A DNA stretch of 64,000 bases from Saccostrea echinata. Its lineage: Eukaryota. The notes below the pieces were generated by a model. That model searched no databases. It was not told where the DNA came from and worked only from the letters and a program-made list of their open reading frames with translations. Both the position numbers and the translations under genes were made by a program. The stretch lies in assembly GCF_033153115.1 (NCBI RefSeq), contig NW_026889803.1:27962001-28026000 (forward strand), in the 5' to 3' direction. Below are positions 47,471 through 60,300 of the stretch, piece after piece; positions within the stretch are counted from its first letter, which is position 1; each line of letters opens with the position of its first letter.

Positions 47471-47891
47471 CACAGGTATGATACTAAAACACCAACATTT
47501 TAAAATATTTTAAATTAATTGCTAGAGTTGTATATATTTCTGTTCACTGCATCCTCATAGTGTTTGGGGCCCTGAGTCAACATGGTGCTGTTAGACCCCT
47601 GACAAATTTCATTCAGTTTTATTCAGGCTTGCTTCTCTCATTGTGAAACACCAATCAAATTGAAGTATACATATAATGTAAACAGGTTGAGAAGGGAATC
47701 AGGTGACACCTAAAATGCATGTGTTACACATTGGTTATCACCAAAAAACCAGCAGTTTGATCGGTTGAGAGGTAAGAAAAACAATCAATATTTGTAATTT
47801 TTCCGAAAGACGTCGCTGCAGTCAGCCTGTAAGATATCGAATGAAATTTGTCAGTGGTCCAACCAGCAACATGTTGACTAAGAACCCCTGA

Positions 47892-48437
47892 CATGTAATC
47901 TAATTAAAATTAGATGTTCTGAATCCGCTACCGCTTCTCAAAATCTAGCAACATCCCATTTGGGGTCACGTTAGAGCAACCTTTTGATTAGAAATAAACT
48001 TGAACATTTTGGCCAATCAGATTTGAGCTTCCCTGTACGATTCTAAAATTAGTTCCACAGCTACATCTTAACATTAGTGATGCTCAGTAGTCTGTCTTAC
48101 GTTGAATTCAAGTAATTTTGGTATAAATTAAATGTATAGTCCTCCAATCTAGCATTCTTACCTGAAGTAACTCAAATGAAAATGCACAAACTATACAAGT
48201 CATCCCGCACGTCACATTCATACATAGCATGGCCTTTGCCATGCATGTTTTGTTTACTACGAAACTCCTTGGGCGTTTAGGTTTAGCACTGAAAAAAGAA
48301 ATGCATCCGAACCATAAGCCAAGATTTTGGAGGCAGCAATTTCATTGGCTAATCAAAAGGTCGCTCTGATGTGACTCCGAATGGGATGTTGTTAGATCTT
48401 TGAGATTCGGAACATCTAATTTTAATTAGATTGCCTG
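47892..48437. mobile_element. MITE, directly adjacent to another MITE (~47565-47890)
   Basis: aatctaattaaaattagatgttctgaatc / gattcggaacatctaattttaattagatt TIRs. Confidence 0.7.
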
Positions 48438-48968
48438 ACGTGAGGATTTGTTCGCGGTGTAATAATTCCGGCAGGTAACTTGAAGAAATATGATCTATAT
48501 CAATATATACATTTTCAGACAGATTTGTGTTTTTAAAATAAAGAACTGTTACAATTTTTTTAGCAAACTGTACATTGCATTCAGTAGTGCATACTCCATG
48601 GCAGAACATATAACAAGTTTTCATTTTAATCCATATAGCATATTCCACATAACTATACTATTTATTGTTTATAATGTAGTGTTATACAGGTTTCCAAGTG
48701 AAACATGAATTACATTGAATAATATTAAGGAGATGGTTTCTGCATTGATTTCCTAAAAAAAAAAAAAGAAGATTAGGCACATACAGTGTATTAATAATAT
48801 TTTTATGGGGGCCGGGTTGGGGTGGGGTGGTGGAAGGGGGCTTCAGAATGCAGAAATAATTGACTAGATACCTATAAAACCTTTGACAAGCAAGGTTCCA
48901 ACTTTTCATTACTATGTGCCTGAATATTATGTCTGCAAAACAAATAATTATGAAAAATCCCTAATTAT

Positions 48969-49374
48969 TAGGGCTGAATATCGGTTGGAAATCTCCTATT
49001 GCAATATATTGCGATATTTGGAACTGTATTGCGATATGTATTGCAATATTTTAAATAAGAGTTTAAATGCTCTTTTCTTATTTTTTTAACCTCCATTTAT
49101 AGCAGAGTGTATAAAACTTTTATAAATATGTTGTAACAAAAAAAGTTCTATTATTCAATTTTACTACGGTTTGGCAAATAAATGCAACAGAAACCTTTAC
49201 CGTTTGGTACTGTTTAGCATGATTGAAAACATTGCTTAAATTTCATATTTTACTTCATAAATCTAAAGCCCAATCATTTTGCCGGTATATTGGTACTGGA
49301 AAAACATCGGTATACGATATTTTTTGTTAACGAATCGCAATATACTGGAATATCGATATTATTGTGCAGCCCTA
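48969..49374. mobile_element. hAT-type MITE with 8-bp TSD
   Basis: tagggctg ... cagcccta termini; TSD ctaattat / ctaattct. Confidence 0.75.
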
Positions 49375-50570
49375 CTAATTCTTGATGGCAGATACAATAA
49401 TGAATATTTATAGATAGCAAAATCTTGGTAACTATGTTCTACCATGTGTATTTTCAAATTAATTTTTTGTTGTTGCTAAAACATATTTGTGGGAATTTTA
49501 CAGTGATACATAGTCAAATATCATGTTAGGTTCATATCTTGCACACTAGGAGGACTAGGAATACTTGCCATTTGATGATCTTGAAAGGGGTGGGTGGGGT
49601 GGGGTTATATCATGGCCCCCAAAAGGTCATTGTGACCTCATTTTGGAATTCAATACTAGCTATAGCTAATCAAATTGTTTCCAGGCCAAATCCTTAACAT
49701 AGTGAAGCATTGGAGCATTAAACAATGAATTTTGCTTTTTTAGCAGTGATTCTTTCAATAGATAACAATAAAGAGAAAGCTCTTTTTGTTTACGTGTAAA
49801 TCTTTGCATTAATATGTGGAGCTTAAGACATGTTTACAGTAACTTTATTCCATGTTCCATTGTACTTGCAAATGACAAGGTCACAGTTGGTGACTATGAA
49901 TATGCATAAACAGATATGCATCATGTAGTTCCAAATTTAAGCATGTCATGTAACCTAGCAGTGCACTTTATTAAATGTGTGGTGGAATTTTGACATACAA
50001 TACAGTCCCATGATGTACTGGTATAGTTGTCACACTATTTATATACTGGTAGTCACTATACAGGTAACTTTTACTGGTTATTCATGCAGTTTCTAGAAGG
50101 GGAAAAAAAATCTGTGTTTATCCCCTTTTAAATCCATTTCATTTTTCACCATATATATCAATCTGCTCTTTAATTAAGATACTTTCACTTCTACAGTGTT
50201 AATTTCATAATTTTTGTCATCCCACAAAAAGACAAGAAATATATAATTTGATACAATAAAAAAAATATGAGAAGAATAAAGGTAAAACTAATAAAGCAGT
50301 TTATAATGTAACTCAATTGTTCATTCACAATCACTCCTTTGTAATCGTGTAGTGCCTATAATAGTCCTTGAGAGTGTAGAGTACATGTCCTTATACATAC
50401 ACTTATAAGCACAGGTACTTACATACACAGGTGAAATCTTCAACTTGAATAAAATGTGTGTGATATAAAGTAAAAAAAAAATGAAAATAGTCTCATATAT
50501 GGGGAGTTTTCTGAAGAGAAAATGTCGACATATTAATTGAAACTTAAGGTAATGTGATGTTTTGGAAGTA

Positions 50571-50739
50571 CAGTCAAACCTTGTTATCTCAAACTCAATG
50601 GAAGCAAGGAAAAACTTGGAGATAACCGAGGATTCAAGATAAAATACTTAAAGAATAAGGGGTTGGGACTTCCAAATCACTTCGACATATCCATGGTATT
50701 CGAGATATCAGTGTTCGAGATATTACTGAAGTTCAACTG
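50571..50739. mobile_element. Tigger/Mariner-type MITE
   Basis: TA|cagtcaaacct...tatctc ... gagata...gttcaactg|TA. Confidence 0.65.
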
Positions 50740-51362
50740 TATTTCATAATGATGGAGTATGATAGCTGGCATTTACAATATCAGTGTCACGTGAAACACA
50801 ATCTCATGTTTATGTGTTGTGTTCAATATAATTTTGTATTAAAGTAATTATTGTTACATTAGAAAATTGACATGTGATTGCTTTAAAACTTACAAGTAAC
50901 ATGCTAATGATCAAGTTCTGTCATGTGAAAAAAATCACAGCCTTTGACTGACAATTAGGAAATTCATGTGCTATAGTATCATCTGTTTATATGTTTTATA
51001 CATATATATCATATATGTGTACATGTAGTGTCATTGAGATGACATTTTTGTTTATTTATGTACATGTATATGGGTGAGTGATGCTAATATTACTTCAACA
51101 TTTTCTTGAATGAATAACGGAGTCAAAAACTAATTCTCTTGTTGACAAGCAGCCTAGAGTTGGGGACTTTTAATTGACAATTATCTGGTAATTTCAGTAT
51201 TGTAAATAATGTTTTGAACAGGATCAACGTCTTCATAATGCACTCGTTATGAATTTTTATTAATTATTAAATTTATTATGAACTTTTCGTGATAATAATT
51301 ATTATTATTTTTTTTTTATCAGGATGTCTTTTTTGAAGTGCACTTTGTTATAATGTTTGAAG

Positions 51363-54300
51363 ATGAATGGTGGTGATGGTGGTTACCAAGGAGTGGAACA
51401 GTCCATTATCTTAAAAGAGGGGGAGGTTCGCATGAAAAGCAAGACCTTTGGGGTGAGTGTATATTATACTTGTGCATACAGACTTACACATGTTAATATA
51501 TGATTTCACTTAACTGAAAAAAAAAACCTAACTTAATCCCAGCGTTCTTCCTGGATATATGAGCATAATACACTGTAATATGTAAACTTTAATTTAATTT
51601 ATGTATGATTGTATGTATTATGCTATTCCTTTTGAATTTCTTCCTGGATTTGGATTGAAAAATCAATAGTTAAAAAAGTAAATAATTCCTGCTTCTTGAA
51701 GCAGAAGTGAAAAGAAAAGGGCAAAAGGCATTTGTGTTTATCCACATATTAAATGGGAGAACTAGGAAATTTCACAGTGAATGTAATACGTGTATGCCTA
51801 AGAGCTATATGTACATTTAAATGTAAGTGCAAACCAGGTATTTCAGTGTTGACAATAACCATTGGTATATTATTGATTGTCATAGTTATTATGCCTAGTT
51901 CACTTTTTCAGAATAGTAAAATTTGATAAAAAAGACTCTAAGAAACAAAAAAAATTCTTACTATTACATCATGTACATGTATACAACTTCTTAATAAATT
52001 GTTCCCAATTTCACTTTCATGCTTCTTGCATTTAATATACAGTTTGTTTATTATAGCAGCATGATAAAGATTAAGGGGAAATAAGATTTTAAGTGGTGAA
52101 AATGAAGGGGGAAAAAGGCATAGAAAAAAAAACATTGGGAACCTAGCTCATGACTATTTTTTTCATACATTCTTTTCATTAGATTTGGAGGAAACGCTAT
52201 GTTGTTCTGTTTGCCCCTTCCAGTAAAGGTCCAACAAGATTTGTGAAGTATGCAGATGAGAGGGGGTTCCGGGAGGAGAAGCCGCTTTCATTTATTCGCA
52301 TGCAGGATGTGACAACGGTTGTAAGGTTGTCGTTTAATGAAGATCATGGCATCACAATCTCCCTGGCTGGGGGTGAAGTTCGACAGTTTATATGTAATGA
52401 TGGTAGGTATCAAATAGTTATAGAGATACATGTAGTATCAAATAGTTATAGAGATAGTATCAAATAGTTATAGAGATAGTATCAAATACCTATAGAGATG
52501 CCCATCATATGCATGTCCCTGTGAACAATTTCTTTGCTGGGGGGGGGGGGGGGGGATTTGTTGATCTCTTAGTGCATAGCATATCCATGCCATAATTTTG
52601 TAATTAGGGCCCGGCAAGGATTTGCGGGTGCCCTATAGTAATCACTCTGTCTGTCTGTCTGTCCGTCTGTCATTCTTCCGTCCACAAATTTTCTGTTTTT
52701 CTTCTAATAACTTTTTTTAGGGTTGACCAATTAAGTTTAAATTTGGTATGTTGGTTGAATAGGCAGTAAGACATATTTTGATGCTAAGTTTGGTTCTCTA
52801 TGTCATCAGGTTTGGAGCTGGGGTGGTGGGGTATATTCCTTAACTTTATATAAGAGTGAATTGGCAAAGAGAGATAACTGCTGAGAATGTTCCTATTGTA
52901 AACTATGAAAGGCTGCAATGAGTCTCTTGGGATTAATTAACTTTCCTCTTGAAGAAAATCCAAAGCATTTATCTTTATCTGCCACATTGAGATTAATTAA
53001 CACCTCTGTCTGCAAATGAAGTTTGTTTTGAAGTTAAGGTCAATTCTGAATGATGTTTACATTCTCTGAAATGTGGGTTTAAATAATGTTTATACTTTAT
53101 TTTGTTAAAATACACAATGAGTTATGATTTTATTGAATTCTAAAAACAAGATATAGATAAAGATATTGTTTTTATTATTACTTCCTTTTTTTCTTTTTTT
53201 CTGCCTTATGTAAATTTAAGAATACTAATTATTTTAACAGGTATTCAGATAATAACCTCATTCTATCATTGCTGAAAAAGTTCTTATTGTAAACTTAGAA
53301 AAGGTTGAGAGAGCAGTATAATTAATCCCATGGGTTTGATTATCTTGCTGGTTTGCAGAATATTTTAGAGGGTTATCTTTCTGTCACCTTAAGATTAATT
53401 AACACCTTAAGTTTGTCTGCAACTGATATTTGTTTTGAAGTTAAGGTCAAGCCTGGGTGATATTTGCATTCACTGAAGGCTGGCATTTTAGAAAACACAT
53501 GCTTCATTCATTTTTAAATATACATTTAATTGAGTTATTATAGATATGATGTTTTTTACTGCCTTATGTAAATACAAGGATACTATTTACAGATTGTTGG
53601 ATATTTAGCAGTTGCTGTTGCTTATTCTTTATATATTTTGAAATTTTTTGGAATCAAGTAAAATTCTCATCCCCTAATCTGCACCCTATTTCTACCCCTC
53701 GGCGGGGCCCTTGCTGACTGGTCAGATTTCTAGTTGAGAACAGAAGTTGAAACATATCACATACAAAAGGTTCTCAGTGACCTTGTTAAAGTCCTGTGAG
53801 GAGAAGTAAAATTTTCTCTCAGATCATGAAGGGTAATGGCTTTGTTGCTTGGAAACACAAGAAGTTAATGCTGAACCCAAAAAGTTTCTTAATTAATGTA
53901 TGGCTTGTATCAGTAATAAACTTGTCTATGATTATTTAAAAAAACTACAACAGATGTAAGTACTGGTACATATTATGAAGCTTTATGTTTGATCTTAATG
54001 GCTTATGGTTTGCCATGAGCCAGGGTCATTTTGACAAGGTCATAAGCAGGAAAATATGAAACACATTAATAAGCTTTATGTTCATGTTTTAGGCATTTTT
54101 TTATTGGTCCATCTATAGACAGTAGCAGGTTGAATACAGACAGAGACACTTTATAGAATTAATTTGTTCTCAAAATGGCAAACAGGAGGAAAAAGGTTTT
54201 TTAACATGTTTAAAAGAAAGGTTTTCTTTCTTGGGCATTTTTTTTTTATATTCATGTGAAATGTATAATTATTGTAGATTAAACAGACCAAACAAAGTGT

Positions 54301-57300
54301 TTCCAAAAAAAAAAAAAAAAAAAAAAGAAAGAAAAAAAAAACATTAGTGCTATCAAATTAAAGCATTTTATACCTGTCAAATGTCATCATTAATTTTTAG
54401 ATGCAGATGACTGGCTTCAAAAATTGCAGGCAGAGGCTGGTAAAAGTGATACTCTTCCAGTGGGTAAGTTTCAGTGATGATTGAATAAGACAAACCGTTT
54501 GAAACGTGATTTCATAAGTTTTTAATTACCATTTTTAAGTCAGAAATTTTACTTACATTGACAAGACATATCAGGTGTACATTCATTTGCATTTTTGAAA
54601 TTTCAGCTTGTGTGTTTACTGTTAAATTGTCCATGTTCATATTATTAAGAAAAGAAAAACAGAAAATTGGGACACCCTAAGTACCGTATATACTCGCCTA
54701 TAAGTCGGTTTTTTGGGAGTTAAATTTTGGTCCAAAACTCTATGTCCGACTTATAGGCGAGTCATAAAAAGCATAGTATTTTTCTGGACGGCGAACTGTA
54801 GTAATTTATAAAGATTTCCCATGATTATCATTGCACAACGTCTGAATATATTATATGATTTATGTCATTTATGTATTCTAAGAATATACATTAAGTACAA
54901 GTATTTACATATTTTAATAACTTTGTTTTTATCTTAAGTGTGCATTATGTATTTTTCTTAATGATTTAGAATTAAATATCGGCGTCATTTCTAAAAATAT
55001 TAATCGAAACCAGGTTAAAACATTAGAGCATTGATTTTAAATTGTCAACTGAATCTTGCAAAAAGTTGTACCGACTTACATGCGGGTCAATGGCAAATCC
55101 TTCCAAAATAACCTCAAAAAATACAACCGACCTATAGGCGGACCGACTTATAGGCGAGTATATACGGTAAACAATGCCTGGCACATCATTGCATGATGTT
55201 AATTTATTTTGAGTATTTGATTTTAAATAAATTTGATTTAATTCATTAGTTAATTGAACAAGACATATTTTGACCATATTAATATATCCCTATTTCTGTA
55301 GCTATGGATGAGCCCTATCATACTTTGTTTTTTTAAATAAGGCAATTCCAACTTTTTTCTATGTTTAGCGTCCACATGTGCCTTGGTTTTTAGCTCTACT
55401 GGTCAGAGACCAGAAGAGCTTATGCGATAGTAAGGTGTCCCTCGTCCATCCGTCTGTCTGTCTGTCTGTCTGTCCGTCTGTCTGTAAACAATTTTTCAAA
55501 ACGCTACTTCTCCTACAGTTTTGGTCCGATTTCAATATAACTTGGCACACAAGTAGACTACACTAAGATACATAATTCAGTGCATGGGTTTTTGATTTCG
55601 ATGGATGGTGTTGCCATGGTTACTAAAAATAGAAATTTCTGTGAAATTCCTTTAAAACGCTACTCCTCCTACAGTTTTGGTCCGATTTCAGTATAACTTG
55701 GCACACAAGTAGACTACACTAAGATACATAATTTAGTGCATCGGTTTTTGATTTGGGTGGATGGTGTTGCCATGGTTACTAAAAATAGAAATTTCTGTGA
55801 AATCCTTCAAAACGCTACTCCTCCTACAGTTTTGGTCCAATTTCAATACAACTTGGCACACAAGTAGACTACACTAAGATACATAATTCAGTGCATCGGT
55901 TTCTGATTTCGATGGACGGTGTTGCCATGGTAACTAAAAATAGAAATTTCTGTGAAATTCCTTTAAAACGTTACTCCTCCTACAATTTTGGTCCGATTTC
56001 AATATAACTTGGCACACAAGTAGACTGCACTAAGATACATAATTTAGTGCATCGGTTTTTGATTTCGATGGACGGTGTTGCCATGGTTACTAAAAATAGA
56101 AATTTCTGTGAAATTCCTTCAAAACGCTACTCCTCCTACAGTTTTGGTCCAATTTCAATACAACTTGGCACACAAGTAGACTACACTAAGATACATAATT
56201 CAGTGCATCGGTTTCTGATTACAATGGACGGTGTTGCCATGGTAACTAAAAATAGAAATTTCTGTGAAATTCCTTTAAAACGTTACTCCTCCTACAATTT
56301 TGGTCCGATTTCAATATAACTTGGCACACAAGTAGACTGCACTAAGATACATAATTTAGTGCATCGGTTTTTGATTTCGATGGACGGTGTTGCCATGGTT
56401 ACTAAAAATAGAAATTTCTGTGAAATTCCTTTAAAACGCTACTCCTCCTACAGTTTTGGTCCAATTTCAATACAACTTGGCACACAAGTAGACTACACTA
56501 AGATACATAATTTAGTGCATCGGTTTTTAATTTCGATGGACGGTGTTGCCATGGTTACTAAAAATAGAAATTTCTGTGAAATTCCTTTAAAACGTTACTC
56601 CTCCTACAATTTTGGTCCGATTTCAATATAACTTGGCACACAAGTAGACTGCACTAAGATACATAATTTAGTGCATCGGTTTTTGATTTCGATGGACAGT
56701 GTTGCCATGGTTACTAAAAATAGAAATTTCTGTGAAATTCCTTTAAAACGCTACTCCTCCTACAGTTTTGGTCCGATTTCAGTATAACTTGGCACACAAG
56801 TAGACTACACTAAGATACATAATTTAGTGCATCGGTTTTTAATTTCGATGGACGGTGTTGCCATGGTTACTAAAAATAGAAATTTTTGTGAAATTCCCAT
56901 AAAACATTACTCCTCCTACAATTTTGGTCTGATTTCAATCTAATTGGGCACACAGATAGAATACACTATGATACATAATATGTATTTCTGTTTTTTTATT
57001 TCGGTGAATGGTGTTGTCATGGTTACTAAAAATAGAAATTTCCGTGAAATACTTTCAAAATGCTAACCCCCCTTACAGTTTTCATTTGATTTCAATATAA
57101 CTTGGCACAGAAGTAGACTACATTAAGATACATAATTCTATTTATTGTTGCATGTTGCAAAGTTTCAAATCCAAGTGCTACTTTTCTTTTGTTATACGTA
57201 CAGACCAGTAGAGCTACAGTCTCATCAGAGACTTCTGGTTGACACCCCAAATCAGAAAAAAACAAAATCAGGAGCCTTAAAATTGATTATTCTGGTCAAA

Positions 57301-60300
57301 ATCTTTAAAATTCTTTTAATTATATCAATTTCTGTAAGTATTTGTCTACAGTATATCATATTAGGCTTATTTTAAGCATTTAATACCTTGATTGTGCTTA
57401 AGAATAGATTTTTCTTCAAGAAAAATTAGATTTACGAAATCAAATGCCGTGAATGACATCATTTTTAAGACCATAAAGCCTGCATTTTATTTTTTGGCCT
57501 GTGTGTTTTTTTGCGATTAGGTAGGTAGGTTTTTGAAAGATGGGTGGACGCTAAACAGAGAAAAAACTTGGAATGGCCTTATGATGCAATGATCTGATTT
57601 TAGGAATGTTTCGAGCTTACCTTATACCAAACATTTTTCTAAATTATGATGGAGAATGTATAATGGAAGTGACAGCTGAAAGAGTCAATGTTTATGAGGA
57701 TATTTCAAAATTGAGAAGGTGGGTCAGCATGAAGATTTCCTGCATCAGAAGGTACACAGCCAACCCAGAGAAACGGGACAACAACCTTCTTATAGAAAAT
57801 GGACGGTAAGATTTCCTTTAGAGTTTGCCTTGGCTTCAGTCTACAAAAAACCATTGTAAACATTATACACTTCCAGCATCATCCCTTCTAATGGTAATTA
57901 GTAATTATATATTGTAGATTCCTAAATATACGTGAGGAATTAATTATCGTATAATTACACGAGAAGCACCACTCGCGAAATAAAATTTCTAGCTTTTATT
58001 TTTATGGTGCTGAAATCAATGAAAAATCCCTTGATCAACTGTCTACTCGCAAATTATTGTTTTCGCGATTTGACATGAAAGAGCCATTTCGCGATAATAA
58101 GTACTCGCGAAAAATAAGGAATCTACAGTAATGTAATGGAGCATGTTTGAAAGATGTGTAGTTGTCCTGTAATGACATTATTCCGAATGTGTCTGTAAAA
58201 TCTGTTCCTTTTTTTAAGATGTGTGAATGAGGTGGTCAGTAAAATTACTGCCACTGTCCTGGTAAAATTTGTTTCTATTTTGAGAACTGGTTGCACTGTT
58301 TTGGACTAAAAAGAATTAGTGGGCTTATGGAAATTTTGTTTATAATAATGTAAGGATAAGCTTTAACATATGAATAGTACAGCTTGCAAAAACGTAAGTT
58401 TTAAGACATACAAGGCAAGCTTTACTGTATGTACCCATGGAAAAAAATAACATCTATGATGAATTGCGAGTAGCAACTTCAATTTCCATATAAATTTTTC
58501 ATGTGTACTGCCAACAGGGTTAAATTATTGAAAAAATACCCAAATCCTTTATAGTTTTATAATATCAATAATTTAAATGCTGAGAGCTATATTCTATCGC
58601 AGAAAAAATTAGGTCTGAATGGTATAGGACACATCTGATATTTGGCCCAAGTTCGATTCATACTGGACATGATTTACTTTCACAGCGTAATAATTAATAA
58701 TGTTCATTTCATGGACTTAATTTTTTTTTTTCATTATTGAATGAAATTTGAACAGTGAATAATTAAGATAAATGTTATGATAATGGAGTACAAATGAAAT
58801 CATTCAATCAAAATAAGTTTCTCTTCAAACATCATCTTTCATTAAAGACAGGAGTAAACACAGGAGCAGTAGCAATTGTTTGGAGTTTGTTATACAGAAG
58901 CTGACTCGTGAAAGGTAGCAAGCCCTCACCATTCTGAGTGCACCTTAGTTGTTTATAAAACTTGTGAACTTTAAACTTCCTTAAAGAGGAACAGATTTCA
59001 ACCATTATTTTTACACCAAGATAAGATTTAAAACCTCTGTGTCTTTGTCCCCCCCCCCCCTTTCATTGAAAGTTGGGGATATTAATTTTGGTCTAACTGT
59101 TCATCCATCCATTTGTCTGTCTGTCATTCTGTCTTTGTGTAACACTTTTGTTTCCAGATGATATCTCAAAAAACCTTTGAGCTTTTGCAATGAAATTTTA
59201 TACTGCAACTCTCCATGGCCTAAAGAAGACCACTATTGATTTTGAGGTCAAAAGTTATTAGGTCGAAGTCATAAATTCATGCATTCTGTTTGTGTATAAC
59301 ACTTATTTCCGGATGATATCTTTAAAAGCCTTTGAGCTTTTACAATGAAATTTTATATCACAGCTCTTATGGCCTAAAAAAAAGCCCATTTTGATTCTGA
59401 GGTCAAAAAGTCAAAGGTCAAGGTTAGAAATAGATATTGCATATGTAGTTTTCAAATAATAATTTTAGACTTTTGCAATGAAACTTTAGGTCATGAATTT
59501 CTTTAACTTTAAAAAAAGACTTACATTAACTTTGAGGCCAAAAGCTGAAAGGTCAAGGTTGACCTTTTTCTCTTTCTCCCTCTGCATAATTTTTCCATTT
59601 CTTCCACCCTCATCTTTTATCATAAAGTAGAGGACACAAATTCTCTGAATTAGCTTGTTTTTTTTCCTTTTATTATTTCTGTATGATGTTTTTGTTAATT
59701 TAATGATTGGCAAACATTCTTTAATGTATGTAGGGTAGATATTCAACCAGTCTGTGAAATTTCCATCTGCTTGCAGACCTAATACTGATAAGGTTTTAAG
59801 GAATTTTTAGTAATTTCAATGTTGATTTGAAAAAGTGCATAACGGGGCTGGCAAAAAAAAAAAAATGTACACTGATTCAAGTTTACCCATTTCTGAGTGA
59901 CAGCTAGCAAAGGAGAATCAGAAATATGTCATGGCCCATAGGTCTCTCATGTACATGCACATCCAAAAGCATTTTTAGGTACCAGTACAGTGTTTTATTT
60001 GAATGGAATAACTCAGTTTTAAAATACAGTGTATTGCTTTTTTAGTTCACAAGAAGAGGTTGGAGAATGCTTATTGCTGTTCAAGTCATACCAGTCAGAA
60101 GATATATATAAACGTCTGGATCAAAGTGCCAGAAGACTCCGTGGAAGTGTGGCATCTGGACACTCACAGAGCAGCAATGGAAGCTTTAATCCACGTGAGT
60201 TTATCCACATAAACACAGCCATTATTTCCATCTTATTTTTCAAATTTTTTGGCTGATTTATAGCAATCTTTTCTTCAGAACTAGATTTTAAATGACAATT

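Noticed and set aside
56047-56631. Duplicated 90-aa ORFs
   Set aside because: Artefact of a 156-bp (52-codon) satellite; stops recur in alternate units.
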